From Candidatus Cloacimonadales bacterium (lineage in GTDB: Bacteria; Cloacimonadota; Cloacimonadia; Cloacimonadales; JAFGVF01), in NCBI GenBank assembly GCA_963667035.1, contig OY762964.1, forward strand, positions 1,152,001 through 1,216,000: DNA of 64,000 nucleotides, written 5' to 3'. The position numbers were made by a program, and so were the translations under genes. The notes below the pieces were generated by a model. The model was not told where the DNA came from. It worked only from the letters and a program-made list of their open reading frames with translations, and searched no databases. Below, in pieces: positions 58,530 to 64,000 of this stretch (the first letter of the stretch is position 1; every line of letters begins with the position of its first letter).

Positions 58530-59710
58530 TATTCCTCCTTAAATTCTTTGATTTTTTCGCTCACTCTTTCAGTGATTGAATCCAAATCAGCTTGTTCCGG
58601 TATATACTGATAGCGAATCTTATCCATTACAGTAAATCCACATTCTTTTAAATAATTCTCCACTATACCTACTGCTTGACCACCCCAACCATACGAACCG
58701 AAAGCTAATCCGATTCTGTCTTGTGGGCTTAATCCTTTCATATAAGTTAAGAAAGAAGCAACAGTTGGCAAGATACCATTATTTAGAGTAGGTGAACCAA
58801 CACAAATATACTTCGCAGTAGCTACTTCGGTCATAACATCGGAAATATGGTCATTCTGTAGGTTAACCATTCTTACATATATACCGGCATGATTAAATGC
58901 TCTTTGAATTGCATAAGCCATCTTTCTTGTTGACTCCCACATTGTATCATATACAATAAGAGCATAGTTTTCATCTGCTTCATTATGTGAAAGCATATGA
59001 TATTCTTCTAAGATTTCTTTAATATATTTTTCCCAGATAAGTCCATGGCTTGGACAAATCATTTCAATATCTAGTGTTTTAACTATTTCAAGTGCTTTGA
59101 CTACCATCTTCCTAAAAGGAAGTACAATGTTAGCAAAATACTTTCTGGCTTCTTGCATGATAATACTAAATGGATACTCCGAATCAACTCGTTGGGAAGA
59201 AGCAATGTGCTGACCGAAAGAATCATTTGAGAAGAGTATTTTCTCTTCAGGACAGTATGTTACCATGTTGTCAGGCCAGTGAATCATAGGAGTTGGAACA
59301 AATTGCAAGGTTCTCTTTCCTAAAGAAATACTATCTCCACCGTTTACAATCTCAAGATTGAAATCTTTCTTGTACATTAATTTGAGAGCTTTATCCGCAT
59401 TTCCTGTTGCATAAATCTTTGCATTAGGAATTAATTCGGTAAGCATTGGAAGTCCACCTGAATGGTCTCCTTCCACATGATTTTGGACAATAATATCTAT
59501 CTTAGAAGGGTCTATTATCTTAGAGATTCTCTCAAGCATTTCCGGATACAGTTTAGCTTTAACATTATCAATGAGTGTAACTTTCTCATCAATAATCAAA
59601 TATGCATTGTAAGTAGAACCTCTTTGGGTTAAGTATCCATGGAAATTTCTTAAATCCCAATCAATAACTCCAACCCAATAAACTCCTTTTCTAAGTTCTC
59701 TTGGTAACAT
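58529..59710 (-). CDS. fprA: Class A flavodiiron protein (O2/NO reductase)
   Basis: HVEGDH, HWPD, DSFGQH, PSHG, flavodoxin domain with FGSYGWGG. Confidence 0.95.
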   Translation of the reverse strand: MLPRELRKGVYWVGVIDWDLRNFHGYLTQRGSTYNAYLIIDEKVTLIDNVKAKLYPEMLERISKIIDPSKIDIIVQNHVEGDHSGGLPMLTELIPNAKIYATGNADKALKLMYKKDFNLEIVNGGDSISLGKRTLQFVPTPMIHWPDNMVTYCPEEKILFSNDSFGQHIASSQRVDSEYPFSIIMQEARKYFANIVLPFRKMVVKALEIVKTLDIEMICPSHGLIWEKYIKEILEEYHMLSHNEADENYALIVYDTMWESTRKMAYAIQRAFNHAGIYVRMVNLQNDHISDVMTEVATAKYICVGSPTLNNGILPTVASFLTYMKGLSPQDRIGLAFGSYGWGGQAVGIVENYLKECGFTVMDKIRYQYIPEQADLDSITERVSEKIKEFKEE

Positions 59711-59730
59711 AATTCCTCCATTAATCTATA

Positions 59731-60528
59731 TTATTTTTGACATTTATCGCAATAGAACGTTGATCTTCCGGCTTGCTTAATCCTTTGTACCTTGTGACCT
59801 AATGGACATACCTTTTTTTGGTAAACCCTTAGAAAATTCTGAAATGAGCCTGGTTTATCATCAACATTCCGGAAATCAGAAACACTGGTCCCATTATGTA
59901 ACAATGCTTCAGATATTACTTCCTTTGTATATTCAATTACTCTTTTCAATTCTGAATTAGTCAATGTATTTCCTGCTTTTAATGGTGAGATTTTGGCTCT
60001 ATACAGAAGTTCACATACATATATATTACCCAGTCCGGCTACAATATCCTGTCTTAGAAGAATATTCTTAATTGGTGCTTTCAGTTTTTTTAGTGAATCT
60101 TTTAAATAGCTTTCATTAAACTCAGATGATAAAGGCTCAGGGCCAAGCTTTAGAATTGAGGGGTCTGTCATGTCTTTAGGGAATATTTTTATAGAGCCAA
60201 ACGTTCTAATATCTTCGAATTGCAGAGATGTTTTATCTGAAAATCTAATAATGGCTCTAGTATACGGGGTTATTCTTTCATCCGAGACATATACAAGCTT
60301 ACCTGTCATTCTTAAATGGATAACAATAGTATTCTCGTTGCTAAGCTCAAAGATTATATATTTCCCACGCCTTTTAATATCTGTTATAGTACAATTATTG
60401 CATGAATCATCAGGAGTGTGTACTTCAACTGTATTATCTCTTAATTCTTCAATATGACTAATACTTTTACCTATAACATAATCTCTTAGTCCTCTGACTA
60501 TTGTATCTACTTCCGGTAGTTCCGGCAT
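59731..60528 (-). CDS. mutM: Formamidopyrimidine-DNA glycosylase
   Basis: MPELPEV, RRGKY, HLRMTG, GLGNIY, C-terminal zinc finger. Confidence 0.96.
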   Translation of the reverse strand: MPELPEVDTIVRGLRDYVIGKSISHIEELRDNTVEVHTPDDSCNNCTITDIKRRGKYIIFELSNENTIVIHLRMTGKLVYVSDERITPYTRAIIRFSDKTSLQFEDIRTFGSIKIFPKDMTDPSILKLGPEPLSSEFNESYLKDSLKKLKAPIKNILLRQDIVAGLGNIYVCELLYRAKISPLKAGNTLTNSELKRVIEYTKEVISEALLHNGTSVSDFRNVDDKPGSFQNFLRVYQKKVCPLGHKVQRIKQAGRSTFYCDKCQK

Positions 60529-60620
60529 TTATTCTCCTGTTTTTTAGTTAAGATAAGCAAACATTGATATAATGCCAGAACAAATATGTAATTTCTTACA
60601 TAGTTTTGGTTATATAAGTT

Positions 60621-61640
60621 CTATTTGCTACAAATTTGGTATATTAGAGTAGTAATAAGTATTTTGGGATTTGTGCTGATTGATTTTAGTTTCTTATCAC
60701 AATCATACATTAGAGATAAAGCATTGCGTATTTCTAAAGTTGAGTAATTATCTGCAGCTTTTATTCTATCAAGTCTGAAGAGCTTATAAATATCATGTAG
60801 ATGATTCTCCATAATCTCATTATCTGATAAGTCTTTCTCTCTTAGGGCATGAATTTTCCATAAAGTAAGAAAATATCGGGAAACCATTGTAACTATCATC
60901 ACAGCAGAATCACCGACATTCTCAAAATCTTCAATTATTGAGATAGATTGCTTCACATTCCTTTTCCCGATACTATTCTGTAAATCAAATACATTACTTT
61001 CACTTGAAATAGCTATACATTCTTTTACATCTTCGAGTGATATATAATTCTTTTTCCCTACATATAGCAGAACTTTCTCAAGCTCATTGTTTGCAGTAAA
61101 GTAATCTAGTTTGATATGAGATGACAAATACTGTAAAGCAGAGGTTTCAATTCTTACTTCTTTATCTCTTAATTCATCTCTTATCCATCTGGATAAAGCT
61201 TCGGCATTGTAAGGTGTCTTACATTGAATGATAGATGAATTTGTTTGGAATGCCTTATAAAGCTTTGATCTTGCATCTAGTTTAATGGCAGTAACAATCA
61301 GAATTGTACTATATGACGGAGAGTTTAAATAGCTTATGAGATTATCATGCTGATTAGCTTTAAGCATATCTATATCCCTAACAACTACTACTCTCGTATC
61401 AGCAATGAAAGGCATGGTATCTGCTTGCTCAACAATATCAGAACCTGTACATTCATCACCGTAAAGAGTAATATAATCAAATTCCATAGCTTCTTTGGTT
61501 AGGAAGCGTTTCATAATGAGATTTAGAACTCTTTCTTTCAAGAATTCTTCATCTCCGATAACCAAGTAAACCGATTGAGCTTCAGATTTCGGAAACTCTC
61601 TCAAAAACTGATAGTGGGGAATAGCTTTATTAACTGCCAT
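60621..61640 (-). CDS. holA: DNA polymerase III delta subunit
   Basis: VYLVIGDEEFL, TMPFIADTRVVVV, NELEKVLLY, NVFDL, DKKLKS. Confidence 0.9.
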   Translation of the reverse strand: MAVNKAIPHYQFLREFPKSEAQSVYLVIGDEEFLKERVLNLIMKRFLTKEAMEFDYITLYGDECTGSDIVEQADTMPFIADTRVVVVRDIDMLKANQHDNLISYLNSPSYSTILIVTAIKLDARSKLYKAFQTNSSIIQCKTPYNAEALSRWIRDELRDKEVRIETSALQYLSSHIKLDYFTANNELEKVLLYVGKKNYISLEDVKECIAISSESNVFDLQNSIGKRNVKQSISIIEDFENVGDSAVMIVTMVSRYFLTLWKIHALREKDLSDNEIMENHLHDIYKLFRLDRIKAADNYSTLEIRNALSLMYDCDKKLKSISTNPKILITTLIYQICSK

Positions 61641-62452
61641 TAGAATCCTGTAAGTATTAGAACAAGGCTAACTAAAGATACTAGCCAACAGTAATACGCA
61701 AAGTATTTCAACTTTCTCTTTCTGATAAGATTGAGTAGCATTGATATAACTAGAAATCCGCTTACAAAAGCCCCTAAACCACCGATTAAGTAATTCATCA
61801 ACATTGATTGGTCAAGATTAGAAAATACATCCATTTGCAATACTGCAGCACCTAAAATAGCAGGAATACTCAATAAAAATGAATATCTGGCAGCTTCGGA
61901 TCTTTTAACTCCAATGAAAAGAGAGGTTGCTATTGTAGTTCCTGATCTAGATATACCGGGTAAAATCGCTAAGGACTGACTGAGTCCTATAACCAAAGCT
62001 CTCCAGAATCCCATATCGGAAGCATGAATATGGTCAAATCTGATAGTATCCGATAAGAATATAATTATACCGGTAACACTCAATAGAATTGCAACAACCA
62101 AAGGTTTACCAAATAGTCCTTCAAAGAAATCTTTAAAGAAGAATCCGATAGCACCTGTCACAATTGTGCTTAAGACTAAATAAAATACAATCTTACGATT
62201 ATTAACTTGCTTCTCAGGAAACTTCTCATTCTTTATTGGTAGAAATGCTTGAACAAGTTCCAGTATATCTTTAAAGAAATATAGGATTACTGCTAGTAAT
62301 GAACCTAAGTGTAGAAAGACTTCAAATGAAGTATCTACAGAGTTTATTCCAAGAAAGTGTTCTCCTAATACAAGATGTCCGGAGCTTGAAATAGGTAGAA
62401 ACTCGGTTAATCCTTGTACGATACCGAGAAAGAGAGATTGTATTATATTCAT
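61640..62452 (-). CDS. uppP: Undecaprenyl-diphosphate phosphatase
   Basis: GIVQGLTEFLPISSSGH, PGISRSG, SFLLSIP. Confidence 0.96.
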   Translation of the reverse strand: MNIIQSLFLGIVQGLTEFLPISSSGHLVLGEHFLGINSVDTSFEVFLHLGSLLAVILYFFKDILELVQAFLPIKNEKFPEKQVNNRKIVFYLVLSTIVTGAIGFFFKDFFEGLFGKPLVVAILLSVTGIIIFLSDTIRFDHIHASDMGFWRALVIGLSQSLAILPGISRSGTTIATSLFIGVKRSEAARYSFLLSIPAILGAAVLQMDVFSNLDQSMLMNYLIGGLGAFVSGFLVISMLLNLIRKRKLKYFAYYCWLVSLVSLVLILTGF

Positions 62453-62464
62453 TATTTATCCTTT

Positions 62465-63748
62465 TTATAGTTTTGGCGATTGCATGTTTTTTAAATCTGA
62501 GAGTCGATATAGGGGATACCCTTGCTTTGCTGCTAAAATAATGAACTTGTTTAAATTATTTAAATCAGTTTTATTCTTACAGTTATAGTAATATATTATA
62601 GTTTTGTCGTTAAGATTGCTAAGAGATTTAACTACTTTCAATCTTTTATCATAATCAGATATTCTTCCGTCGAGTGATTCATCCTTTTTGAAGAACATTA
62701 AATCCTTCTCAGCAGAAACTATTTCACAAACTGATTTAGATGTTGTTTTAGCATCTACGAAATACATATTTTCTTCTTTAAGAAAATCTATTACTGTTTC
62801 CATAATCTCACGTTTTGCAGTGGCATGACTCCCCATATAATTAGTAGCACCAATGCAATCAGGTAGGAGATTAGTGTAATCTTTTAGCTTTGAGCGTATC
62901 TCACGCTTGGAATCACTTACAAGTATAGAGTTCCTTCCTGCAAGGTAAGGATAACGTCCTAAAGGTTCTAAAGGTATTCTTAACAGACATGGGAAACCTG
63001 CATCCTTAATTGCTTTATAATGTTGATGAGCAAACTTCTTCTCAGGAATAAATGCTACTTGCAGATTCTTGTTCATTGGCAAAAGTGTTTTCACAAGCTC
63101 AGCTTTTACTTCACTTTCAAATGTAGCGACTATAGCAATTTTTGCTTTTTCAGAATCCTCTTTCTCAAGAAACAGTACTAATGAGTGCTTTTTATCAAGT
63201 CCATTCTTCTCAAATGTAAGCTTTTGGGCTGGATATTTAGTTCTTTTCTTATAAAAATAAGTTTCAACACCATTTGTCATGTTAAAGCCTTCATTCTGCA
63301 TTCTTCCTTTAAAGAACATATTGCAGAAGTAGAGGTCTTCATTGAGGGTAGGAATCGGAACGAAGTATTTAATTTCGTCATCAACTGCTTTAGTCCAGAT
63401 CTGATTAGTCTGCACCGAAATTGATAGTGATAAATCCTTTATAAGCTGCAAGACTTTTTCATCTTCAGTTAATTCTTTCTCAGGTTTTACAGGTTCTTTA
63501 ATCGGTTCCTTAACAGTACCTTTTTTAGGTTTTATTTCTTCTTCGTGAACAATTGGAGATTCCTGTAATTGGCTTTTAATATGGTTTTCTTTAGGTTTAG
63601 AATTAATTGCCAAATTTATTAGATAGAATAATCCCCCAATAATAGCGATTAATGCTACTATTTGAAGAACAGTGGATAATAAGCTTCCACGTTTCTTTTT
63701 TTTAATTCCGGTTGATTTCTTTGATGTTTTTCTTTTTTTTTGAGGCAT
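62465..63748 (-). CDS. Membrane-anchored divergent polysaccharide deacetylase family protein
   Basis: N-terminal TM helix; IPLEP, GATNYMGS, FVDAKT...S motifs, partly degenerate. Confidence 0.7.
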   Translation of the reverse strand: MPQKKRKTSKKSTGIKKKKRGSLLSTVLQIVALIAIIGGLFYLINLAINSKPKENHIKSQLQESPIVHEEEIKPKKGTVKEPIKEPVKPEKELTEDEKVLQLIKDLSLSISVQTNQIWTKAVDDEIKYFVPIPTLNEDLYFCNMFFKGRMQNEGFNMTNGVETYFYKKRTKYPAQKLTFEKNGLDKKHSLVLFLEKEDSEKAKIAIVATFESEVKAELVKTLLPMNKNLQVAFIPEKKFAHQHYKAIKDAGFPCLLRIPLEPLGRYPYLAGRNSILVSDSKREIRSKLKDYTNLLPDCIGATNYMGSHATAKREIMETVIDFLKEENMYFVDAKTTSKSVCEIVSAEKDLMFFKKDESLDGRISDYDKRLKVVKSLSNLNDKTIIYYYNCKNKTDLNNLNKFIILAAKQGYPLYRLSDLKNMQSPKL

Positions 63749-63862
63749 TTCTTACTCGTTACATAATGTACGTAACGAATAAATCAATCTAATTGGAAGT
63801 CAAGAATTAAAACGAAGCTATTTCAAAATCTTCTGTGACTTCAAAATCAATCATGAAAAGTA

Positions 63863-64000
63863 TCATTCTCTTAAATGATATTCTTTGTTTACTCTTGAGA
63901 AATAATTTGGATGTATATTCTTGAAGTTTCCAAATACAATTGTAGCTATCCCGAAGATAAGTAGAGGAATGGTAACAGCAAGTACTATAAATGAGTTCCC
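63863..64000 (-). CDS. C-terminal end of a membrane protein (starts outside the window)
   Basis: GNSFIVLAVTIPLLIFGIATIVFGNFKNIHPNYFSRVNKEYHLRE*. Confidence 0.5.
   Translation of the reverse strand, partial: GNSFIVLAVTIPLLIFGIATIVFGNFKNIHPNYFSRVNKEYHLRE

Noticed and set aside
602..63424. The many short antisense or alternate-frame ORFs inside long genes
   Set aside because: They are shadows of well-supported genes with no motifs of their own.

Overview
AT-rich bacterial chromosome segment, most likely Cloacimonadota (FCB superphylum). This is inferred from the fused lpxC-fabZ gene, six large secreted proteins ending in a 'YPNPFNP...YNIKGQ...SGVYFY' FlgD-Ig-type domain, and amino-acid-fermentation genes. 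The housekeeping backbone includes thiN, hflX, an aminotransferase plus 2-oxoacid:ferredoxin oxidoreductase operon, tRNA-Ala(GGC), skp-lpxD-lpxC/fabZ-lpxA, apbE-folE2-M16 peptidase-uvrA-ftsY, a four-gene [FeFe]-hydrogenase operon, ferredoxin, dxs-yhbY-mnmE, an Ldh_2 dehydrogenase and uppP-holA-mutM-fprA-ferritin. Three accessory patches interrupt it. (1) About 1.5-4.4 kb: a K+-channel-type protein with an 11-aa repeat array. (2) About 30.5-36.2 kb: a secreted FG-GAP/FlgD-Ig protein and an IS1182-family element that duplicated a 24-bp hairpin. (3) A ~16-kb integrase-free island (41.36-57.44 kb) bounded by a ~200-bp duplication of the Ldh_2 3' end, carrying a gingipain-like protease and four beta-helix surface proteins, three of which are patchwork mosaics of each other. 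Other notable signals are a hydrogenase that lacks the Fe-S ligands of its ferredoxin branch, and intergenic palindromic elements built from units phased at exactly 11 bp. No database searches were run; family calls come from recognised motifs.
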